A DNA stretch of 64,000 nt, taken from the NCBI GenBank assembly GCA_048538215.1, contig JBLYPV010000001.1, forward strand, positions 333,499 to 397,498, read 5' to 3'. The notes beneath the pieces were generated by a model. It saw only the letters and a list, made by a program, of their open reading frames with translations. It ran no database searches and was not told where the DNA came from. Positions 18,825-27,880 of this stretch are shown piece by piece. Source of the stretch: Patescibacteria group bacterium (GTDB lineage Bacteria; Patescibacteriota; Minisyncoccia; Phycocordibacterales; GCA-2747955). How positions within the stretch are numbered: position 1 is the stretch's first letter; each line of letters opens with the position of its first letter. Made by a program: the position numbers and the translations under genes.

Positions 18825-19412
18825 ATGGGATTCAGAGGAAGAAAAAAACAAGCACGCGATGATCGCGTCCGTATTAATGAACAAATTCATGCACCTGAGG
18901 TGCGAGTTCTTGCTGATGACGGAGAAAATCTAGGGACTATGTCATCAGATGAAGCTCTTGATATTGCCAAGAATCGAGGGCTTGATTTAGTGGAGGTATC
19001 TACAAAATCAAAACCTCCAATTGTAAAGGTTACAGATTACGGAAAATTCAAATACGAAAAGAAAAAGAAGGAGCAAGAATCACGCCAAAAATCTAAGGTC
19101 ACCGAAACTAAGGTAATCCAAGTAAAGCCAAATACAGGTGAGGGTGACTTGGTCATTAAAGCAAAAAACATCTCAAAATGGCTCAAAGAAGGTAATCGGG
19201 TAAAATTAGATTTATTTTTGCGTGGTCGGAGCAAATATATGGAGCAAGATTTTCTCAAAGAACGAATGGAGCGAGTCTTGCACTTTGTGACCGAATCATA
19301 TAAAATCGCCGACGGACCAAAGAAAAGCCCAAAAGGGCTCACCATTATTCTTGAAAGAGATACTAAAAAGAAAAATACTGATACTGTCGAAGAAAACACT
19401 ACAAATAATTAA
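18825..19412 (+). CDS. infC: translation initiation factor IF-3
   Basis: RINEQI, LDLVEVS, PPIVKVTDYGKFKYE; start approximate. Confidence 0.93.
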   Translation: MGFRGRKKQARDDRVRINEQIHAPEVRVLADDGENLGTMSSDEALDIAKNRGLDLVEVSTKSKPPIVKVTDYGKFKYEKKKKEQESRQKSKVTETKVIQVKPNTGEGDLVIKAKNISKWLKEGNRVKLDLFLRGRSKYMEQDFLKERMERVLHFVTESYKIADGPKKSPKGLTIILERDTKKKNTDTVEENTTNN

Positions 19413-19421
19413 TACATCACT

Positions 19422-19616
19422 ATGGCAAAGAAAACAAACAAAGCGCTTGCTAAGCGCGTAAAAATGACTAAGGGGGGTGCTCTACAGGTACGCCCAAATA
19501 ATCGGAGCCACTACAATGCTCACGAGCGCAACCCTAGTAAAATGAAAAAGAAGGGCTGGCTTAGACTGTCGCTTCCCAAGCGTGTCTTAAGCCAATTTCT
19601 ACCACATGGTAAATAA
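19422..19616 (+). CDS. rpmI: 50S ribosomal protein L35
   Basis: KTNKALAKRVKMT; follows infC. Confidence 0.85.
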   Translation: MAKKTNKALAKRVKMTKGGALQVRPNNRSHYNAHERNPSKMKKKGWLRLSLPKRVLSQFLPHGK

Positions 19617-19623
19617 AATATCT

Positions 19624-19640
19624 CCTCGCGTAACGCGAGG
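19624..19640 (+). terminator. terminator after rpmI
   Basis: cctcgcg-taa-cgcgagg followed by atttt. Confidence 0.6.
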
Positions 19641-19933
19641 ATTTTATCTCTCACTTAGAGACTAGACTTCCAAAGAGTTGCAAAGTAAGAAATTCAAGGT
19701 ACAATACCCTGCGTTAGATGCTCTGGTTTCCTTCTCATTGTTCTTGGCACAAGCCTTAAGAGAAGATGTCCGAGTCACATGTGCCTTGGTGTATGGATTG
19801 ATTAAATTCTCCTGCCAAGGTCTGTATGATTCCCCGCTAGAGCTTCTGATTATATAATTAGAAGCAATTTTATTTAGAAAAAAGAGGTCACTATGCCCGA
19901 CAAATCTGATCTCTTCTGATAACTATCAATTTT

Positions 19934-20311
19934 ATGGCACGAGTAAAACGAGGGGTAATGAAAAACAAACGTAAGAGCAAAATCTTGCGTCTTGCAAAAG
20001 GTTTTCGTAATGCCCGTAGCACAAAATATAAGCAAGCCAAGCAAGGAGTGATTCGCGCTGGCCAGCATGCCTTTGCTCACCGGAGAAAGAAAAAACGAGT
20101 AATGCGTAAGGATTGGCAGATGCGCATCAATTACGCTGTACGCAACCTTGCTGGCATCTCATATAGCTCTTTTATGGACAAGGTGCATAAAAAAGGTATT
20201 ACGGTAGACCGTAAAATTATGGCTGATATGCTACAAAATGATATGTCTGCCTTTGCTCGATTTGTCTCTTTTGTTACAGAGTCAAAAGTAGAACATACCG
20301 ATAAGGCATAG
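19934..20311 (+). CDS. rplT: 50S ribosomal protein L20
   Basis: MARVKRG, AKGFR, RIN.A.R, DRKIMAD. Confidence 0.95.
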   Translation: MARVKRGVMKNKRKSKILRLAKGFRNARSTKYKQAKQGVIRAGQHAFAHRRKKKRVMRKDWQMRINYAVRNLAGISYSSFMDKVHKKGITVDRKIMADMLQNDMSAFARFVSFVTESKVEHTDKA

Positions 20312-20335
20312 GCTTATCTTTAAAAACTCACCTAT

Positions 20336-20368
20336 ACAAAAATAGTTACCTCTGGTAACTATTTTTGT
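20336..20368. terminator. bidirectional terminator
   Basis: acaaaaatagttacc-tct-ggtaactatttttgt. Confidence 0.65.
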
Positions 20369-20399
20369 GTTCTCTTACCTGTAGAATGAATGATTAGGT

Positions 20400-21047
20400 C
20401 TACTTATCTACTATTTTTTTAAGGAAGCTTCGTCGGTGAATCGGACAGAGTCCGTGTGTCTTTATATTTTTCATATGTGCTACCGTGCCATAGCCCTTGT
20501 GAGCGTAAAAATCATAAGCTGGATAACGAATATCATATTGCTCCATCACCTTATCTCGTGCCACTTTGGCATAAATAGAAGCCAGTGCTATTGAGAATAT
20601 TTTATTATCTCCTCCCGTAACTGTTTGCTGACGATACCCCTGGGGAGCTTTTAAAGAGCCATCTAGATACACAAAGATAGATTTTCGGTCTACACTTGTA
20701 TATTCTATTAGTTCCTGGAGCCCCTCCTCGATTGATTGATAGAGACATTGTGATATTCCCTGTGTATCTATTACACAAGCATCGGTGAAAATAGTACGTA
20801 CGATTATTGTACTAGATTTTTCTAAATCGATTGCGTCTTCAATGACTGACTCTCGCTTGCGAGGAGAAAGCTTTTTGCTATCCCTTACAAGGGGTAGCTT
20901 TGTTTGTACTTCTTCTATATGCGTACGCTTGATCATAACAAGCCCTACTGTAAGTGGCCCAGCGACTGGCCCCCTACCAGCTTCATCGATACCAATTATC
21001 CAGCTAACTCGTTTAGGTATATGATCCAAACCATGATGTATGTGCAT
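20400..21047 (-). CDS. rnhB: ribonuclease HII
   Basis: GIDEAGRG, DSKKLS, ASIYAKVARD, HKGYGT, HRRSF. Confidence 0.95.
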   Translation of the reverse strand: MHIHHGLDHIPKRVSWIIGIDEAGRGPVAGPLTVGLVMIKRTHIEEVQTKLPLVRDSKKLSPRKRESVIEDAIDLEKSSTIIVRTIFTDACVIDTQGISQCLYQSIEEGLQELIEYTSVDRKSIFVYLDGSLKAPQGYRQQTVTGGDNKIFSIALASIYAKVARDKVMEQYDIRYPAYDFYAHKGYGTVAHMKNIKTHGLCPIHRRSFLKKIVDK

Positions 21048-21104
21048 AGAATGTGTATATAGTGAGTATAACATAGGGATAGTCTGACCACGCCACCCTG
21101 CTAT

Positions 21105-21932
21105 TTACTTATCTGCTAATGTTATATAAGGCTCAATCGATTGACGATGTATACGCCAAGCTAACGCTTGAGTGCCAAGCTTCTCTCCGATTAATCGTGC
21201 TAGGGTGCGCATATATGTCCCCGAGCTCACACGTGCCCGCACGGTGACACTTATTAATTTTCTATCAATTCCAATGTCTTCCTGCAATTGTTTCCATGAA
21301 TCAAGCACCTCATTCCGCCGAAAATCTGCTCCGAGTGCTTTCGATGCCTCTTGTACATGACTTACTTGAGCTATTCTTTTCTTGACCTCCTCCACTATAT
21401 CTCCCATATTGTACGTCTGATACCCCTCTATCGCTATATCATATATTTCTACTGCTTTTTTAGGAATAGTGATTTCGTCGAGTCGCCCCTCTAGCGCCCA
21501 GAGGAAAAGTGGCTTACCTTCTACTGTTTTAGATGAAAAAATAGGATACTCTAATTCATGCTTTCCCTCAAATCCTTTAATGATTGTTTGTAGAGCCTGA
21601 TCAAGTGTTTTTTGGCTGTATTCCTCTAATTTTTGAAGATTACCAGAAGAAACAACCCCCAAAATATCCTGGGTATCCGATTGTACTCCCATAAGGACTT
21701 CCAAGATATATTCTTTATCAAGCTCTAAATATTTTCCTCGTTCTTTACAAGCATCATCAATTAAAATAAGTAGTACTCCACTTGCCATTGGATCTAAGCG
21801 CCCCGCATAAGCCATTTTCTTATCTGCTAGCTCGGGGAGCTTCTTCTTGAGATCCTTGATACACTCCAGAGGAGTGCGCCCCAGAGCTTTATTCACGGCA
21901 ATCCAATCTTTAGTTTGTTTGAGTATTTGCAT
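21105..21932 (-). CDS. truB: TruB-family pseudouridine synthase
   Basis: AGRLDPMASGVL, SDTQD..G, P.FSSK, VSSGTYMR. Confidence 0.85.
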   Translation of the reverse strand: MQILKQTKDWIAVNKALGRTPLECIKDLKKKLPELADKKMAYAGRLDPMASGVLLILIDDACKERGKYLELDKEYILEVLMGVQSDTQDILGVVSSGNLQKLEEYSQKTLDQALQTIIKGFEGKHELEYPIFSSKTVEGKPLFLWALEGRLDEITIPKKAVEIYDIAIEGYQTYNMGDIVEEVKKRIAQVSHVQEASKALGADFRRNEVLDSWKQLQEDIGIDRKLISVTVRARVSSGTYMRTLARLIGEKLGTQALAWRIHRQSIEPYITLADK

Positions 21933-22722
21933 CAAAATTTTCAATACTATCTATAATATGCTCATATGTATCTGGCACAATAGATACGAGCTCTTGTGTA
22001 TAAATATTAATGGGCAAGCTGATAATCCCCCGCACAAAGCTATCTTGTGGATCAAACTCTGTGTGTGAAAGTGTGCCTAAAATATATGGGCCTCCGCCAG
22101 GTAATTTTACTACTACCCCCCTAGTCTCTCGATAACTTCGTGGAAGCTTGACCTCTAAAGTGCCACCCCCCTTCCCCAGGGCAGTATAAAGCACCCCATC
22201 AATAGATACTATTACTTCTTCTCGTGGGGCACTAAAAAGCTGTGCCCTACTATAATTCCCTTGCACCTGCTCTATATATCCCAGCGCGTATTGCTGAGCG
22301 CTAACCACAAGCATATCAACATCTAGCTCCCTCGAAGCTTTGAGTATGTACTGATCATACGCAGTATAGGGCGGACGGGCGATGACTCGAGCAATATATG
22401 TATCTCTACCTTCAAATTGAAATTCTTTCCATAGATCTAAATATGCTCGAGCATTTTCTTCTGCCAATATGTTTGCACTATTTTTATTTTCTAGCTCTGT
22501 TCTTAGTATTTGATTCTCTTGCCTAAGTGCTTGTACATCCTGAAATGGTAGAGTAATGTTTGAGAATAAATCTTTTCCTCCATCAAGGATTTTTGCATAT
22601 AAAAAAAATAAATTCCCCTGACCAATAATCCCATATCCAGCTAGCATAAGAAAAATTATAGTCGTAATGACTAATAAGCGTGATTTTGAAATATTAGTAT
22701 GTGATCGGGAGTTCATTATCAT
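21910..22722 (-). CDS. mreC: rod shape-determining protein MreC
   Basis: N-terminal TM, L.QEN..L coiled coil, ARVIARPP; downstream of mreB. Confidence 0.8.
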   Translation of the reverse strand: MIMNSRSHTNISKSRLLVITTIIFLMLAGYGIIGQGNLFFLYAKILDGGKDLFSNITLPFQDVQALRQENQILRTELENKNSANILAEENARAYLDLWKEFQFEGRDTYIARVIARPPYTAYDQYILKASRELDVDMLVVSAQQYALGYIEQVQGNYSRAQLFSAPREEVIVSIDGVLYTALGKGGGTLEVKLPRSYRETRGVVVKLPGGGPYILGTLSHTEFDPQDSFVRGIISLPINIYTQELVSIVPDTYEHIIDSIENFDANTQTN

Positions 22723-23764
22723 AAGAGACTAAGACTTCTTTATACTCATCTAGATGTTCGAGAACTACGCCAGTTCCACGAGCTACTGCGGTAAGAGGGT
22801 CGGCTACAATATGCACTGGTACTTGAATGATATTTGAAATATGCTGATCAAGGCCACTGATGAGAGCTCCACCTCCTGAAAGATAGATTCCTGATTCAAT
22901 AGTGTCTGAAATAATCTCTGGAGGAGTAGTCTCGATTACTTCCTTGATAGATTCTACAAGCGTCTCAATAGAAGAAGCCATAGCTTCTTTAATATCCTTA
23001 TCAGTAATGATAATCTCACGAGGCAAACCACTAATTAAATCTCGTCCACGCATTACTCCTTGCCGAGCTTCCCCTCCCTCAGCTATTTCTCCTACTTCAA
23101 TCTTGAGCCGTTCGGCAGTTTTCTCTCCAATTAAAATTTTATACGTATCACGCATATACGCCATTACATCTTGATTGAATTTATCTCCAGCAATTTTAAT
23201 ATTTTTACTATTGACGATTCCTCCTAAAGAAATTACAGCGATATCACTCGTCCCCCCTCCAATATCAATCATTACCGTACCTTGTGGGCTATTGACCGGA
23301 AGCCTATCACCTATGGCTGCCGCCATAGGCTCTTCTATAATATAGACTTCTCGTGCTCCCGCATCAGTAGCAGCATCCCGCACGGCTCGTGTCTCCACGT
23401 TGGTCACCCCTGATGGTACTCCTACAATCACTCGTGGACCTAAAAGTTTTGGGTGTAATTTTTCAGCAGTCCGAATCATATAGGCAATCATTTCGCCACA
23501 GACTTCAAAATTAGAAATTACTCCATCGACTACTGGACGCTCGGCATTGATGTGCCCAGGAGTCCGCCCCAGCATTTCTCTCGCAGCACTTCCTATAGCG
23601 ATTACACGATCTGTTTTGTTGTTGACCGCTACTACCGAAGGCTCATCAATCACCACCCCTTTACCTCGTAGATATACGAGTGTATTAGCTGTTCCTAAAT
23701 CAATACCAATATCATTAGAAAAAAAACGAAAAACTCTTTCTTTAAGCCCTGTTATGCTTGACAT
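22694..23764 (-). CDS. mreB: rod shape-determining protein MreB
   Basis: IGIDLGTANT, EPSVVA, EEPMAAAIG, DIGGGT, GGGALI. Confidence 0.96.
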   Translation of the reverse strand: MSSITGLKERVFRFFSNDIGIDLGTANTLVYLRGKGVVIDEPSVVAVNNKTDRVIAIGSAAREMLGRTPGHINAERPVVDGVISNFEVCGEMIAYMIRTAEKLHPKLLGPRVIVGVPSGVTNVETRAVRDAATDAGAREVYIIEEPMAAAIGDRLPVNSPQGTVMIDIGGGTSDIAVISLGGIVNSKNIKIAGDKFNQDVMAYMRDTYKILIGEKTAERLKIEVGEIAEGGEARQGVMRGRDLISGLPREIIITDKDIKEAMASSIETLVESIKEVIETTPPEIISDTIESGIYLSGGGALISGLDQHISNIIQVPVHIVADPLTAVARGTGVVLEHLDEYKEVLVSYDNELPITY

Positions 23765-23865
23765 AGTAGGAGGATTATAACACACCAAAGAAAATAAAAT
23801 AACTAATTTTACGCCTCTGCAAGTACCTTCCTCATCTCTAGCTCAGAGTTTGGTATAATGGACAA

Positions 23866-26800
23866 ATGACTTTCGTGCATCTACATACGCACTCTCACTA
23901 CTCGCTCCTTAATGCTCTACCAAAAATTAATGAGTTGGTCGAGCGAGTAGCACAGGATGGCGACTCTGCCTTAGCTCTCACTGATGATGGCAATCTCTAT
24001 GGAGCTATTGAATTCTATAAAACCTGTCGGGAACACAATGTCAAGCCAATCATTGGAGTAGATTTTTTTGTAGCAGTACGCAGTCGACAAGATAAAATTT
24101 CAGGGATTGATTCACGGCGTTATCGCTTGGTACTCTTGGCAGAGAATTATCAAGGGTTTCGTAATCTTATGAAGCTCGTCTCTCGCTCCTACACCGAAGG
24201 CTTTTACTACAAGCCCCGTATCGACAGAGAGCTTATAGAAGAATACAAAGAAGGATTGATTGCCATCATCCCCCAATTCTCTGGTGAAACTTCAAATTAC
24301 CTCAAAATAAATGACGCTGTCCGTGCCCAAGAAGCCTGGCAATTCTACCACTCCCTATTTGGTGAAAATTGCTATTTAGAAATCTTGCATCACCCAGAAA
24401 GTGAAGAACAAACAAAGCTAAGAGAAAAAATTATTGCATTTAGTAAGACACATAATGCCCCCCTTGTAGCTACGAGTGATAGCTACTATCTATCTCCCGA
24501 TGATAAGGCCGCCCGTGATGTTTTGGTGGATGTGGGCAACGCCAAGTCCCGTGGCACTCACCGTGATGATATCGATTTTTCTCTCAAATCAAGTGGTGAG
24601 ATGGAGGGATTATTCAGCGATATATCCGAAGCTATCACTAATAGCGAGCGTATTGCTAATCAGTGCGAGCTCAATCTAAATCTTGGTAATTGGACCTTTC
24701 CTACCTACCCTATTGAAAACAATCGTGACCCTGTAGATGTGTTACGTGAGCGCGCCATGGCAGGCTTTGCTGATCGTGGTATCGCTATTGATGATATCTA
24801 CCAATCTCGTGTAGATTACGAGCTCGAAGTAATTAAAAATAAAGGTTACGATGTGTACTTCCTTGTAGTATCTGATTTAATGCAGTATGCACGAGAGCAC
24901 GAGATACTCACCAATACGCGTGGATCCGCTGCTGGCTGTCTAGTATCTTATCTTATTGGCATTACCAATATTGATCCCATAGAGTACAAGCTCCCCTTCG
25001 AGCGTTTCCTTAATCCAGAGCGACCAAGTCCCCCCGATATTGATATGGATATTGCGGATGATAAACGCGATGAACTTATTGCCTACGCCCGTGAAAAGTA
25101 CGGAAAAGACCACGTGGCTCAAATTGGCACCTTTGGTACTATGGCTGCTCGTGGGGCTGTTAAAGATACTGCCCGAGCTTTGGGATATGACTACCAAAAA
25201 GGTGATCAGATTTCCAAGCTAATCCCGATGGGTTCACAGGGCTTTGCTATGACGATTGACCGTGCGCTTGAAGAAAATCCTGATTTTGCAAAGCTCTATA
25301 AGCAAGATGCCGATACACAAGAGATTGTAGATATGGCACGGAAAATTGAGGGCTCCGCTCGACACATCTCTATCCATGCAGCCGGTGTAGTAATTGCTCC
25401 ATCAGAATATAATGGTGAACAGACTACCATTACCGATTTTACCCCCATTCAACCCGACCCAAAAGGATCTGGTAAATTGGTCACCCAATATAATATGCAT
25501 GCCGTAGAAGATGCAGGGCTTTTGAAATACGATTTCTTGGGGCTTAAAAACCTTACTATTATGTACGAGGCCATCAAGCGCATCCGCAAGACACGCACAG
25601 TAGATGTAGATTTAGATACACTGCCACTTGATGATACAACCACTTACAAAATGCTGGCTGATGGAGGCACCTATGGGGTATTCCAACTATCTTCAGAGGG
25701 AATGACTAAGTGGCTCAAAGAGCTCAAGCCTACTAATATCAATGATATTAACGCCATGGTAGCACTGTATCGTCCGGGACCTATGGAATTTATCCCTGAT
25801 TATATTAAACGTAAACGCAACGCACGACTTGTAAGCTACCCTCACCCACGCACCGAGCCCTATCTCAAAGACTCACTCGGGCTTTTAATTTATCAAGATG
25901 ACATTATGCAGCTTGCGGTAGATATGGCAGGATATTCTTGGCTAGAAGCAGACACCTTTCGCAAAGCAATGGGCAAGAAAATACCTGAACTTATGGCAGA
26001 ACAAGAGGAGCGCTTTAAGGGAGGGTGTCGTGAAAGTGGCTTGAGTGAATCTGTAATTAAGAAACTTTGGGAAAATATTGAGACCTTTGCGGCCTATGGC
26101 TTTAATAAAGGGCACGCTGCTGCTTATGGTAATGTGGCGTACAAAACAGCCTACCTCAAAGCTAATTTTCCTGCAGAATATATGGCAGCACTTTTGACAG
26201 CTGATTCAGGTAATACTGATCTTATTGCTCGAGCCACCAAAGAGTGCGAACGAATGGGTATTCCTGTATTACCACCAGATATAAATGAATCATTTGAAGG
26301 CTTTTCGGTAGTGGTGGGTGGAGGCAAGAATGGCGAAGACCAGATTCGCTTTGGATTATTTACCATCAAAAATTTTGGTGAGAATATTAGCCATACTGTC
26401 ATTGAAGAGCGTAAAGCTAATGGTGCCTACACTTCCCTCACTGATTTTCTTGAACGAGTGAATGGCAGAGATATGAATAAAAAATCACTAGAGGCCTTGA
26501 TCCTTTCTGGGGCACTTGATTCTCTTGCTGATCGTGATGCAATGCTTGGCTCTGTAGATCTGCTCCTGGAATTTGTTAAAGAATCTCGATCACGCAATGT
26601 AGCCCAAGAAAGCCTCTTTGGTGTCATAGAGGATATGGGAAGCCATGAAATCTCTCTACCAGAGCCTACCGGCACCCACATTACTCTCAAAACAGGTATG
26701 AACGAAGAGCTACACTACACCCTCCCCCTTTCAAGTAAACAAAAATTATACTGGGAGAAAGAGCTCTTGGGCTTGTATGTATCTGGCCATCCATTGGATA

Positions 26801-27111
26801 AGTATCGAGATAAAATCGAACAAAAGGGACGCAATATCAAAGGAGCTATCGCTAAAGGCTTTCAACAAAAATATACCTTTGCTGGCGTACTTTCAAACTG
26901 CCGACACATTACTACTAAAAATAATCGCCGTATGGCCTTTGCTACGCTCAGCGATACTACTGCTGGATTAGATACAGTATTTTTCTCAGATATATATAAA
27001 GAGTGTCGTGATCTCTTGCAAGACGACGCTACTGTGCAAATTACAGGCAAGCTCCAAAGAAGAGACGGTGAGTGGGGATTGTTGGCTGAAGAAATAAAGC
27101 TCTTAGACTAA
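23866..27111 (+). CDS. dnaE: DNA polymerase III alpha subunit
   Basis: FVHLHTHSHYSLL PHP domain, RGSAAG, FERFLNPER..PPDIDMD, YGFNK.H. Confidence 0.96.
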   Translation: MTFVHLHTHSHYSLLNALPKINELVERVAQDGDSALALTDDGNLYGAIEFYKTCREHNVKPIIGVDFFVAVRSRQDKISGIDSRRYRLVLLAENYQGFRNLMKLVSRSYTEGFYYKPRIDRELIEEYKEGLIAIIPQFSGETSNYLKINDAVRAQEAWQFYHSLFGENCYLEILHHPESEEQTKLREKIIAFSKTHNAPLVATSDSYYLSPDDKAARDVLVDVGNAKSRGTHRDDIDFSLKSSGEMEGLFSDISEAITNSERIANQCELNLNLGNWTFPTYPIENNRDPVDVLRERAMAGFADRGIAIDDIYQSRVDYELEVIKNKGYDVYFLVVSDLMQYAREHEILTNTRGSAAGCLVSYLIGITNIDPIEYKLPFERFLNPERPSPPDIDMDIADDKRDELIAYAREKYGKDHVAQIGTFGTMAARGAVKDTARALGYDYQKGDQISKLIPMGSQGFAMTIDRALEENPDFAKLYKQDADTQEIVDMARKIEGSARHISIHAAGVVIAPSEYNGEQTTITDFTPIQPDPKGSGKLVTQYNMHAVEDAGLLKYDFLGLKNLTIMYEAIKRIRKTRTVDVDLDTLPLDDTTTYKMLADGGTYGVFQLSSEGMTKWLKELKPTNINDINAMVALYRPGPMEFIPDYIKRKRNARLVSYPHPRTEPYLKDSLGLLIYQDDIMQLAVDMAGYSWLEADTFRKAMGKKIPELMAEQEERFKGGCRESGLSESVIKKLWENIETFAAYGFNKGHAAAYGNVAYKTAYLKANFPAEYMAALLTADSGNTDLIARATKECERMGIPVLPPDINESFEGFSVVVGGGKNGEDQIRFGLFTIKNFGENISHTVIEERKANGAYTSLTDFLERVNGRDMNKKSLEALILSGALDSLADRDAMLGSVDLLLEFVKESRSRNVAQESLFGVIEDMGSHEISLPEPTGTHITLKTGMNEELHYTLPLSSKQKLYWEKELLGLYVSGHPLDKYRDKIEQKGRNIKGAIAKGFQQKYTFAGVLSNCRHITTKNNRRMAFATLSDTTAGLDTVFFSDIYKECRDLLQDDATVQITGKLQRRDGEWGLLAEEIKLLD

Positions 27112-27113
27112 GA

Positions 27114-27683
27114 TTAATCTTTGTGAATATATGCAAATAAAGGGATTGCAGTGAGTGCTCCCAGCATATTAGATACGATATCAATAGCAGTATTTTCATA
27201 GCCACCTACATTTACATCTTCAATAAACACTGTAGCAAGGAATTCTATAATTTCATTAAGTCCTCCGATACCTATTGCAGCCAAGACGACTAATCCAATA
27301 AGTACTGCGCGTGAGCTAGTCTGCAAATACTTAATAGCAATTGAATATATAAGGAGAGCTACTACTAGATAACAATACCAGTGTACAAGCTGGTCATATT
27401 TAAAGATCAAGTATGGCTCCCCCACAAGCGGAATCAAAATATAAGAATATAAATACACGCCATTGATCACCACCAGGCCTCCAGCTATGTGCCCAATGAG
27501 CCATATATTAAAAAGCCAGAGCACCCATTCTTTGAAATCAACAGTACGGTCAATAAGGTGTATAAATACTACAATCCCAAGCGCTGTTACTCCATAAAAT
27601 ATAAATTCATAATTACCATCCCATATACTCCAAGCAAATAATAATCCGATAAGCAGGTAGGCAAAGCCGATAGCGTATTTCAT
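27114..27683 (-). CDS. membrane protein, DUF2238/YjdF-like
   Basis: Multiple TM helices, YDQLVH, NEIIEF, NTAIDIVSN. Confidence 0.7.
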   Translation of the reverse strand: MKYAIGFAYLLIGLLFAWSIWDGNYEFIFYGVTALGIVVFIHLIDRTVDFKEWVLWLFNIWLIGHIAGGLVVINGVYLYSYILIPLVGEPYLIFKYDQLVHWYCYLVVALLIYSIAIKYLQTSSRAVLIGLVVLAAIGIGGLNEIIEFLATVFIEDVNVGGYENTAIDIVSNMLGALTAIPLFAYIHKD

Positions 27684-27768
27684 ATACTATAAGTATAGCA
27701 TTATAAAATTGGCTCGTCTGGCCACCTAATTTTTTGCTGTTTGGTGCAAGAGTAGGTATAATGTTTTA

Positions 27769-27801
27769 ATGATAACAAGCACCACAAACACGACCAGCTA
27801 A
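27769..27801 (+). CDS. putative thrS leader peptide MITSTTNTTS
   Basis: ATG ATA ACA AGC ACC ACA AAC ACG ACC AGC TAA: 5 Thr of 10 codons, 6 nt after TATAAT (27757-27762). Confidence 0.75.
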   Translation: MITSTTNTTS

Positions 27802-27862
27802 TGTCCGTCTACGGGGTTGTTTCTATCTACACATCAACGACCCCCCTGGTCGTATTTTTATT
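27790..27862 (+). promoter_or_regulatory. putative attenuator (alternative hairpins plus terminator) of thrS
   Basis: acgacc(27790)/ggttgt, ggggttgt(27813)/acgacccc(27837), acgacc-cccct-ggtcgt followed by atttttatt. Confidence 0.7.
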
Positions 27863-27880
27863 AGCAAATAAACATATCAT

